Part shown: one piece after another, positions 1 through 10,500 of the stretch | Layout of the letters: the number at the start of each line of letters is the position of its first letter | Numbering within the stretch: the stretch's first letter is position 1 | Origin: Cyanophora paradoxa CCMP329 | Taxonomy: Eukaryota > Plantae > Glaucophyta | Length of the DNA: 64,000 bases | Reading direction: 5' to 3' | Assembly: GCA_004431415.1 (NCBI GenBank) | Contig: QPMI01000026.1 | Coordinates: 1 to 64,000, forward strand | Made by a program: the position numbers and the translations under genes | The notes under the pieces: model-generated | Seen by the model: only the letters and a program-made list of their open reading frames with translations | Told to the model about the DNA's origin: nothing | Database searches by the model: none

Positions 1-49
1 CCGGCGTGGCCGCGCTCAGGTCGCCTGGTCGCGATCGGCAGCTACGAAG

Positions 50-784
50 TCAGAGACGGAACGCTGAAGCCATGGCCAATCGCAACGTATAATGGAGCTC
101 GAGATCTTAACGTTCGAGCATGCATATGAATCGAAGCTGATTTATATCTAATGAAAGAGTTCGTATAAATGCGCACGAGTTTCCTCCCGGAAGGTGGTCA
201 TCGCTGTGACCGGTCATCGATATCACATTATAATTAATATCATGACATTCATATTACGATCAAGTGAATTTTCAAATCGAATCTGAAAGAGGAAACGCGC
301 AAATTCCTCACCAGGCGCGCAGCGCATGCACTGACGAAGCCCAGCCCGGGCGGCTGCTCTCTCGTTGTCGAACGACCGCAGAGTGGCAGGATTTCGATTT
401 TTGACGTGCTTGCAGTTGGGCTGGTGAAAAACCTTGGTGGGCCCGCCGATGCTGTACACGGTGCCCGCGCCGCGGCCGCCTGCCGAGGCGCCTGCGAATA
501 TTCTGGATCTGAGCGCGAATATTATATATTCGGGATTTCAAAGCACATGCATATATGCATTCTGAGAACCAGCTGCAGAGCCGGCGCCAATGCCGAGCCC
601 TCCGAACATCTGGCTCAGCACCTGCGCGCGCGACGATCAATAATGTCGCCGGCGCGCATGCACGCGTACGTGGCCCGCAGTGGGATCATCGGATGGTCGC
701 GCGCGCGCGCGCGAGATAAAGATAAACTTTGAAACTGACCTCGTCGCCCCCAGAGCTCATACCGCGGCCGTTATTGACTGCCAT
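50..784 (-). CDS. Small (~96 aa) Gly-rich protein with a C-terminal Ada-like zinc-binding domain (HCCC type); 4 exons
   Basis: Exons 784-740, 621-570, 491-312 and 63-50 join in frame through GT-AG introns: MAVNNGRGMSSGGDE-VLSQMFGGLGIGAGSAA-GASAGGRGAGTVYSIGGPTKVFHQPNCKHVKNRNPATLRSFDNERAAARAGLRQCMRCAP-AFRL*. The FHxPxC...F...AxxAGxRxCxRCxP pattern matches the Ada metal-binding domain family. Confidence 0.75.
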
Positions 785-1948
785 CGTGCGCGCGCCGTTT
801 TGCACGTGCTAGATCTAAAATGAAAATCTGCGGCCGGCCGGCGCCTTTCCGAATCCTTTTCGAATTCCTTGAATTTTCTCTAGGTGTACAAGTCGTCTAG
901 ATCTCAAGAGTCCGGTCGACCTCTCAGAGTCTCTCCCCCGGTCCGGATCCGGGCCGGGGGATCCGGCCTCTCTTCGAGCTCCTCCCGTCTAGATCCCTCT
1001 AGATCTCCTTCAGATTTCTCCTCTGCCGAGGCTTCAAGGCTTCTAGCTCAGCGGCTCCCCTCTCCTTTGATCATGATCTCCTCCGGCCGGATCCTCTGAT
1101 CCCTCGAGCTCTATATATAGCTAGATCTGCTCAGATCTCATGCGTGCCGAGTACTTCCGCATGGGGTGAGTGAGCTCCAGAGGGCTCTAGGACCGCCGCG
1201 GCGCGGCCGGTCGTAGCACTGCGGCATGCTTACGCGCGCGCAGCTCGAGCTCCAGATGACGAAAAGCTGCGCTCAGCTCAGCGGCTAGCGCTACCGCTGC
1301 GCATACAACTCGCAGCGCGCGTACGCGTGCGCGCGGCATGCATATATATGGGCGCGCGCGCAGCTCGAGCGCTGGCTCCAGACAACTGGTCGCTCTGAGG
1401 GGGGTACGGGGTTCTCCCGCGCGAGAAGCTGCGGCTTGATCATGAGCTCAGCTGCGCAGCTCGCGCAAATGCGCATGCGCTTCCGATCGAGAGCCGCTGA
1501 GCAGCGCAGCTAGTCGGGCTGACCGATCGCGAGCTCGAGCTCGCCTCTTGGACTTCACCTCGAGAGATTCGGTGTCGATCCAGCGCGCGCTTGGTGCGCG
1601 CCTTTTCTTCGCCTCCTGATATCTTCTGAAGCTCCTGTATCTCGTCTGACGCAGCGGGACGCGCACGTGACGTACACGATCTGCGATAGCGTGATTTCGA
1701 TCCCCGCAAGCTCGCGCGCGCTTTTCAGCGTAACTTCGCATGTGGTTCATGTGTGTGTGTTCGTAAGCATGCAGCCGCGTTTTGCACTACCGAGCTGTAC
1801 CGGTAGCCTGTAGCTACAGCTTTCCTCAACAGCGTCTTTGGCATCAGTTTGATCGATCGGTATCCGCAGCTGCAGCTAGTCCGGCTGTCTTTGGCATCGC
1901 TTTGATCGATCGATATCCGCAGCTGCAGCTGTCCCGAGCACAGAAGCG

Positions 1949-4900
1949 ATGCCGGCCGCCCTGTCGGAGCGAGATCTAGAGCGTGCTCCCCTGCTCGATG
2001 CGGTGCACTCCGCGCCGTGGCATGCGCAAGCCCGCCCGGCTCTAGCCACAGGACCCGCGGGCACGGCGCCGGCCTCTGCAGCTGGGAGCAAAGGCGACGC
2101 GTGTGCGTACGTGGAGCACGCCGGGCCCTCGCGCGCCTACATGCGGGTGCGCCTTTCACGCCCGATACGCGCCCGATCGCACACGCCCGATCGCGATCGA
2201 TCGGCTCGAACTCGGCCGATGATCTGATCGGCGCCGCGCGCGCGCCGGCAGGACATCATCCTCGTGCGCATGCGCTCCAAGGCCTCGGCCCTCGCGATCC
2301 ATCTCTCAGGCCCCGCTGACTCGCTGCTCGCGCGCTCGCGGCGTCCGCTGCTTCCATACGTGTACGCAACAGGGCGTGAACGGTCCGCGAGCGCATGCGC
2401 CCCCGACCCCAGCCCACGCTGAAGCCCGGGCTGACTGCGGCCTTCCCCCCCCCCCCCCCCCCCCCCCCCCCTTCCCGCCCTCCCTCCCCCGCTCAGACGG
2501 CCTGGTGTCGACGTTCCTGCTGGTGATCGGCGTGGCGGGGGGCGGCATGGAGACCCGCCAGATCCTCCTCGTACGCCCCTCTACCCCCCCCCTGCCCCCG
2601 CCCAGCACCAGATATATATCATAGATTCAGACTTCCGTGCGCTAGTACGACCCTTAGTACGGGCCCCGTTGCCGCCGCGCACCGCCTCGCCACGCCTCTT
2701 CCCCCGTCCCCTCCCACCCCACCCCCTCTCACCCTATCCCCCTCCAACCCCCCCCCCCTTCCCCCTCCCGCCCGCCCGGAGCCCCTAAATGCGCCCCCCG
2801 CAGATCGGGCTGACGTCGGCGATCGCTGGGGCGATCTCGATGGGCTTCGGCGAGTACCTCGCCACCCGCTCCCAGAACCAGCGCGTACCCCCGCCCCGCC
2901 CCGCCCGACCCGCCCCGCCCCGCCTCTGGCCCGAGCTAGCCCGCCCCGCCTCTCCTTTAGCCCAAACTAGCTACCTAGCCACCTACCAGGCAAAGCGGCG
3001 CGTCTAGCTCCCAGGAGCCGGCGCGCCCCGCCCCGCCCCGCCCCGCCTAGCCTCTCTTCTAGCTATAGCGCGAGCTAGCCAGCCCCGACCTATAGCTAGT
3101 CTAGCTCCCAAGAACCAGCGCGCCCCGCCCCGCCCTGCCCCGCCCGCCCTTGCTCGGCCCGCCCGTGATCGGGCCCCGCCCCGCCCCGTGCCCGCAGGAT
3201 GATGGACGGCGAGATCGCGCTCGAGAAGGACGTGCGCGCGCGCTGCCCGTCCGGCCCCTGCCCCCCCCCCCGGGGGGGGGGGGGGTAAGGGGGGGAGGGC
3301 CGCCCGGCGCCCGTGCCGCCCGTGCCGCGCCGGCGCTGACGGTCCTCTGCCGGCCTTGGGCGCAGCACATGCGCTTCCACCGTGACAAGGAGATCGCCGA
3401 GGTGCGCGGTACCCCCACCCCACCCCTCCCCCCCACCTCTCCCACCCCAATTCCCTCCGCACCCCAGCCCATCCACTCCCTCCTCCCTTCCGAGGCTCCC
3501 CCCCCCCCCCCCCCCCCCGCCTCACCGCCCAGCCCCATACGAACCCCATACTTCCCTTAGTCCCTTGCCCCCCCTCCCCCCCCCGCCCCCCGCCCCCTCG
3601 AGCCCCCCCCCACCCTGCGAGCGAGCTAACTTCCCCCTGCCCGCTCCAACCTACCCCATCCTCCGTTCCCCACCCCCTCCCCCGCCCTCATACCCCCCCC
3701 CCCCCCTCCTCCCCCAAGGTGCGGGAGACGCTGCGGGCGTTCAACTTCGACGGCGAGTTCCTCGAGGAGGCCACACGCCGCATCGGCGCCGACGATGAGG
3801 CCCTCCTGTGCGTTCTGGCTCCCGATCCGCCCCGCCATTTAACTGAATGTAGCAAGCTCGGTGTTATGATAAGGAGCTAGCTTGCTATATACGGCCCAGA
3901 CTGGCCTAGCCCTCCCCTTCGCTAGGATCCAATGACATCGCGCCCCCGCCCCCCGCTCGCCCCCGCCCTGACCTCCGCTTCGCCTCGCCGGGCCGCCCCC
4001 GCCCCGCAGGAACTTTATGATGGTGACGGAGTTCGGGCAGAGCGCCGACGACCTGCGCCGCCCCTGGATGGTGGGCGGGGGCGGGGCGGGGCGGGGCGGG
4101 GCGCGGGCGGGGGCGGGGCGAGGGCGGGGGCGGGGCGGGGCAAGGACGAGGGCGGGGGCGAGGGCGGGGCGGGGGGAGGACGAGGGGGAGGGCGGGGGCG
4201 GGAGCTAGGGCGAGATTAAACCCGGCGCAGCATATATATGTCATAGTGTAAATAAGCTCGGCGTCTCGCTGACTCCGAGGGCCTCCGGGCGGGCGACGGG
4301 GCCGGGGCGATCGCGAGGGCGAGAGCGGGATCTAGTGTATATCATAGTGTAAATAAGCTGGGCGGCTCTTAGTTTAACTAGCGAATGAACCCGGCCCGGC
4401 CCCGCTTGTGGCGGACGTCCCTCTGACTCGGGAGGCCCCGGCCCGCGCGGCGCGCAGGCGATGGCGGTCTCCTGCGGCCTCTTCTTCCTCGGCTCCCTCC
4501 CCTCCTGGCCCGCCCGTACCCCGCCCCCCCACCTCCTAATGAGCTTCTGCGCAAGATACTTTGCCGGCGCCTAGTGAACCAATATAATACGCCCCCTGCG
4601 GCCCCTCCTCTCAACACCCCCCTCCCCCTCCCCCTCCCCTCCCCCCCCCCTCCTCTGAACCCCCCCCCCCCCCCCTCAGGCTGCCGGCGGCCTTCGTGAG
4701 CGGCCCGCGGGAGCTCATCGTCGCGGCCTCCGTCCTCTGCTTCTCCTCCCTCTTCGCCGTCGGGTGAGCGAGCGGCCGCGATTTGATCTAAGCTGGGGCC
4801 GGGCCCGCCTGATACGCTTCTGCGTAAATCACTTTGATAATTAAGCTCCAAGCTCTTCGTCCCGAAATTACTTTAATAAACAAGTTTATAAGCCCCCCTC

Positions 4901-5197
4901 TTTGCCGTCGGGTGAGCGAAGTACTAGTTCCGGCTCCGGATCCGCCGTCCGACCCGCCTGCAGCTGCCAGGCCGATCCTTTAAGCCATCCGCCCCGAAAT
5001 ATACTTTGATAAGCCTACATATAAAACGGGCATGCATCTGACCCGCCCCACACAGTGCCGTCAAGGGCCGGGCGACGCGCTCGGGGGCGCTGGCCTCGGG
5101 CCTGGAGAACGTGGTGCTCGGCGGGCTCGGCGCCGCCCTCTGCTACGGCGTCGGCGCCCTCGCCGACTCGGGCGGCGGGCCCGTCGTGCACGCGTAG
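1949..5197 (+). CDS. VIT1: VIT1/CCC1 family vacuolar iron/manganese transporter, copy A (12 exons, intact)
   Basis: Spliced product contains RAYMR-DIIL-GVN-DGLVSTFLLVIGVAGG...IGLTSAIAGAISMGFGEYLATRSQNQ...LFFLGSLPSWLP...LFAVGAVKGR...GLENVVLGGLGAALCYGVG. Microexons at 2252-2263 and 2373-2382; GC donors at 2881 and 4508; TAG at 5195-5197. Confidence 0.93.
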
Positions 5198-5947
5198 TAT
5201 TCGGAAGGCGCCGCTGAGCTCTATAGCCGAGTAGCCTACAGCTAGTAGCTCTGTAGTAGCCGAGAGTACGGCCCAGTACGGCGGAGCTCCTTAGCTAGCG
5301 CTGGCTGTAGATCTAGCTCTCTAGTTCTCTAGATGTAGCACACATGTAGCTAGTGCTAGCGCTATATATAGCTATAGCTAGCCTCTCTTCTTTTCTCTCT
5401 GAACAGATTACGATCAAGCTGCGTCATTGCCGTCGAGGCTCTCACACTGCAGTCGACGTCCTTCAAGCTTTGGCATCTTGTTCGTGATAATGACATCATG
5501 ATCATGATCCATTGCAGTCGACGTCGTGCAACGGTCACCGGGTGACTGAACGCTAATTTGGGGATTGATCATATGCATCGGTTCATGATCATGACTGTTA
5601 TCTCATTGCCTCAGATTTGCCTGTACATGTTGTCAAGCCTTGAAGCTGAATTCGGGCCATTGCCATGATGCATCAAGCTTCGTCGTTTAGACCATTTCGA
5701 AAATCGCGCCCATTAGTCATTTCCATTTTAGACCGTTTAGACCATTAGGCTGGCATTAGCCCCCGAGGCCATTGATTCGAAACAAAAAAATGATCGATAT
5801 CATGAATCGCGCGCGCGCGCCACCGTGGCACGTGCACGGCGTCGTCAATTTTTACTATGTCGGCCCTCGGTACCGGTGCAGGTTCGGCCGCAAACTAATT
5901 ATATTTCTTCCGAAATTCTTACAATTCGGCTGACCACGACTAACTAG

Positions 5948-6781
5948 AAACGCCCGCAGATCTAGATGGCGCAACAGCAGCTCATGATCAGCCCCCGGGC
6001 CCGCCAACCACCCCCCCGCTCCGGATCCCTTCTGCATCCTCAAGCTCGAGCACTACGCCGCCAGCTGCTACCGCGCCCGCCGCCGCCGCCCCCGCCCCCG
6101 CAGCTGCCGCCGTTCGCAAGCCGGCGAAGTACTGCCCCCCGGGCCTCTTCTCGCGGCCTGCGCCAGCCTCGACCCAGGTGCTGGCGCCAGCACCAGCTGC
6201 AGCCTCTTCGTCTCTGCCGCCGCCGCCGCCGCAGCTGCCGGCGCCGGCGCCGGCCGCCCTGGCTCCGGCGCCCGTGGCCGCGGCCGCGGCCGCGCCAGGC
6301 TCTTCTCCGGCAGCCGCTCGAGCTATTCATCCACTAGCCTCGGCTTCGACTAGCGCTGCCCCTCCGGATCCCGGCGTCCCTGCCCCAGCCCCGGCGGCGG
6401 CGCCCGCGCCACACGAGCCCTCGGACTTTGTCGCCCACGCGGTCTCGCCCGACGGCCGCCTCCTGAGCGCGCGCGTCAAGCGCCCGCCCCCCGCCTGCGT
6501 CCTCTGCAGCGAGGATCCCAAGGAGGATGGCCCCGCCGCCTGCATCGTAGGGATGCAGGTCCACGCGCCTTCAAATTCGGGCGCGGGCGGGCACCTCACC
6601 GGCCACGTCGCCGTCTGCGCCGCCTGCGTCGCCTCGTGGGACCGGCGGGCCGCCCGCTCCAAGTGACCTGCTCAAGTGCATCGTGTGCAGGGCGGACCTC
6701 GCGCCCGGCCTGCACACGCGGGGCCGGCCCCTCGTCGCCCACCACTTCTGCCATGTCGGCGGCAGCCGCGCCCAGCTCTAG
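5948..6781 (+). pseudogene. 5'-truncated, frameshifted copy of the last exon of the RING gene at 32054-35636
   Basis: Begins just inside the duplication breakpoint. AAGTTCGACCTG in the intact copy reads AAGTGACCTG here (2-bp deletion, TGA at 6664-6666), which removes the final CxxC. Confidence 0.85.
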
Positions 6782-6963
6782 ATATAGATCTAGCTAGGCC
6801 CATACCTAGCGATCCTTGAGCCGTGCATTGGAATCATATGCATCTTGAAGCTGTAGTGGCTGGCAGTAAGTCATGAATCTAACTAACGTCTTTGTCGAAC
6901 TAATCTTTTTGAAGCTTTTAAAATTTTAAGCTTGAAAGCCTCATCTTAAGCTTGATTGCGAAG

Positions 6964-7200
6964 TTTTTGTTTTTGCAAAAGTGGACGTCGCATTGATACA
7001 CCACGGCACATGTATCAATGTTCTACGTGACGTGCCCTTCCGACCGGTCAACTATCTAGCCGAACGTGCTAGCTAGGTGCCGGCCATGGGTCGCTCAATA
7101 TGGGAGGTTCGCCTGAGTGGGGGAGCCATGGTTTTCGGTGATAGCCGTAACCAGACCCGCGCGCCCACCCCTTGATCAACTCCTCCATCCCTCATGAGCC
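6964..7200 (-). mobile_element. Non-LTR retroposon 3' fragment (SINE or 5'-truncated LINE)
   Basis: 19-bp TSD CTTAAGCTTGATTGCGAAG (6945-6963, 7201-7219), A-rich tail on the - strand, 3' stem-loop CATTGATACA-N10-TGTATCAATG. Absent at the paralogous site ~35825. Confidence 0.88.
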
Positions 7201-7514
7201 CTTAAGCTTGATTGCGAAGCTCGAAGCTTGCCAAGTTGCTAATGATCTGCGGCCGATGATGTTCCGAGCTGGCCTGTCGGCTGAATTAGAGAGCCTCGGA
7301 CTCCGGGAGATCTCTTAGCTTGTGCATTCTCATCCGATCGATATCGAGGGGATTTTTAGATAGAGCTATTAAGGTCAGGTTTGCCCCCCGCTCATATATA
7401 TATATAGCGGTGTGGTTATCATACGCGCTTGTCATTTCATGCCTCATTTCATGTCATGTCATTTCATTTCATGTTTAGGAGCGTATACGTACGTACTACC
7501 GTTGCAGTTCAGGC

Positions 7515-10500
7515 TTAGCATTCGAGGCCTACAGCAGCGGCGGATCCGGACTCGAAGACCGCGGCTAGCGCCCACGTGCACTCCTCCTCAATGTCCTCTT
7601 CGAATCCCTCGAAATCCATCTGCTGCAGGCCCTCCTCGAGCTCGAGTGCCTGCACAATCGAGCTCGATCATCGGATATAAATAAATATAGAAGATCTAGA
7701 TAATATAACAGATGCTTTGGGGTGGGCCGGGGGCCTGCCTCTGGGCCATCCTCGCTGAAGGTAGCTGTGCTTTGGTCCAGCTGCTCCCATGCAAATGCAT
7801 ATGGCCAGGGCACACTGCGCAAGACTCAGCCTATAGCTAGGCATCGTCCTCAGGCCTAGACCAAGAGCTAGGGGCGCACAATCGCAATAGTGAACAAGTC
7901 ACTGATATTTGCATAATTACTAATTGGGCGTAATATAATAGCGCGGCTCACGTTATGTTGGCGTCGGTCTCGCCAGAGCTGCTAACATTGAAGCACTTGG
8001 CTTTCGTGGAGTCGCCCCCGCTCCCGGTTTGCCGCACAGCCACTGAATTGAATCTGTTGGCTTGGCATCTGCGCGGGTCGCGAATTATAAGACATCCGAT
8101 CGTGATTACCGAAAACGCAATGTTTATTGCAGACGATACGTGGCATGTCTATTCATATGAATTCGAATTCGCTTCTCTAGATCTATAATCATGAGCGAAC
8201 ACGCATCTGAAAGGAGAACTCCGGAAAGAAATATATAGCTATCACAGTATAGGAGCTTGCAGGCCTCGAAATCGCATACAGATTGAAACTCTGAAAATGC
8301 GCTCACACTTTCCAGAAGTCTCCTCCGGCAAGATCCGCTGAGAAACCTATGGCCCCTGTGCAGTTTGAGCCCTGCGTACGGAAAATAGCGCCAATACCAC
8401 ATCATTTGGCCATGCATGGATGTGTGATGAGACGTTTGCAATTGCTGTTCGCGATCGTTTCATTGACTTGAATGGGATTACAAACCGTGAAACAGACTTT
8501 GTGGTCGCGCCCTGCAGGCAATTAATGTCAGAGACTTCGAATTCGGGCGACATCGCATTTGATTGCGAGTCGCATGCATGCATATATGCGCACCCATCTC
8601 AAGCTTGAGCCCGAACATATTGATGAAACCATCTTCTTCGGGTGCTCCGTACGCTCCTTCGGATTCCTGCACAATTGAGCTCGATGTAAATAAAACGTAC
8701 AAGCAGACGCTTTGGGGCGGGGGCTTTGCCTGCAGGTCGTCAAACGAGTTATCATATCCGGTGGCCATGGTCGGCTGGGCGGCGGAATATTCATTCATTC
8801 TGGAACCGGCATCGGGCCGCTTAATAATCAGCCTCACTTGTGCGTACGCACGAGCAAATATATATACGATCATCCTAGAAAAAGGAAGTCGTCGGGCTAA
8901 CTCTTTGTTGCTCGGGATCTCGCCAGTGGATAACACGGCTTTGCATTTAACCATGGTTTTCGTGCCTTCAGCTGTCGTCTCCCATGTAGCTACGGAACGG
9001 TACCCGTAGTGGTAGCATCTGCGTGCATGTGGCCCATTGAGCGCAATCGCGTGCAACGATCGCGAATCAGCATAGCGGCTCATAGCGGCTGCAATATTAA
9101 TTGAGCGGAAGCGGAAAGGAGTGTTGACCGGATCTAGATATAGATAACCAAAAGGTGCATCGTTGACACTCACGCTTTCCAGAAGTCGTCTCCAACACCA
9201 GTCGTCGCAAGCCGTTCGGTTCCCTCGCATTCCCAACGCTGCGCAGATGCGTTGATTGTTCACAACCTCTGATCTATAAGTGTGCGCTCTGAGCTCACCT
9301 CGAAGCATGACTTGTGAAGGGGGCCTGCAGTTGCAGATTAATGAAACAAACGTAGCTGTTCTTTAGCCCAATTCTCGAAGCTTCTATGTATGTAAATGTA
9401 GCTATAGGGCACGTCACGTAGAACATTGATACATGTGCCGTGGTGTATCAATGCGACGTCCACTTTTGCAAAAAAACTTCTATGTATGTAAATGTATAGC
9501 TATATATATATGTTGCATAGTGTACGTTGCCAAGTTGTGCCGCGCATTGAACGAATGCCGCACGCACCCTCTTGGACCTCTATCCCTCCGACGTTGAATG
9601 GCGGATCCCAGGGCACGCTGAGTCGCGATCGCGGCATCAGCCTCGACAAATTGATATATGTATACATATATATATAGCCAGAGCGCGAAGTCGTGGATTG
9701 CATTCGCTCCTGTTCTAGATTGCATCGATATCCGCTCGAGCTGAATCGGCCACAATACATACTATGATATATATATTAATTACGACGCTCACGTCTTTTG
9801 CCGGTCGTACTGGGCCGTTGCGGTCACACCGGCGCAATTGGCTTTGGTGCCATCGGCCTTCTGCTGAGTGGCCACGTAGTTGTACCCATGGGCGTGACAT
9901 CTACGCGGTCCCGGCCCATGCCACAGTCAGTTGCAATATCTCAAAGCTTCAGCGGCCGAATGAAAGCGGCTCGGATTCGATCTGCTAGGAGTCGCTCACA
10001 CTTTAAAGAAGTCTTGTCCGACGCCACTCGTCTCGAGAGCCTTCGATTCAGAGCAGTTGTACCCCTGCGCCGCAGCGCAATTATAAATTTTCGATTTGGT
10101 GTTTCCAATATATACCCGTCCTCTAGCGTATGCAAGCTCGGGTGGAAGCTAAAGGCCAAATCAAAGCAACCCTTAATTATAAGGTTTTAAACGTTGCAAT
10201 TACCCCTTCTCTAGATCTTTCAAAGTGTACGCATGTATACGTATTCGCATACAAGCTTAAGTTTGAGTTCGGGAGGAAGACCACATCAAAGCAGCTCCCG
10301 ACGTACCGAGAAGCAGGCCTTCGTGTCGTAACCTTATAGTACAGGTCGAACTTAATTCAAGAAATGAAACATGTACGACGCGTCGATCGCGAGCGCACCT
10401 CTCTCGATCTCTACCCCACCAACTTTGAATTCCCAGGGTACGCTGCGACGATTGCTTAGGATATGTAATCGCAACCTCAGGTTCATCCAATCGCGATTGC

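Noticed and set aside
8478-9308. ORF-track motif WCWRRLLES as a repeated protein motif
   Set aside because: Wrong frame; the conserved frame is GVGDDFWKA, supported by intron phases and synonymous changes.
6964-9476. 70-bp inverted repeat pair resembling the TIRs of a 2.5-kb DNA transposon
   Set aside because: Each copy has its own TSD and A tail, and the enclosed DNA exists without them in the paralogue: two independent retro-insertions.
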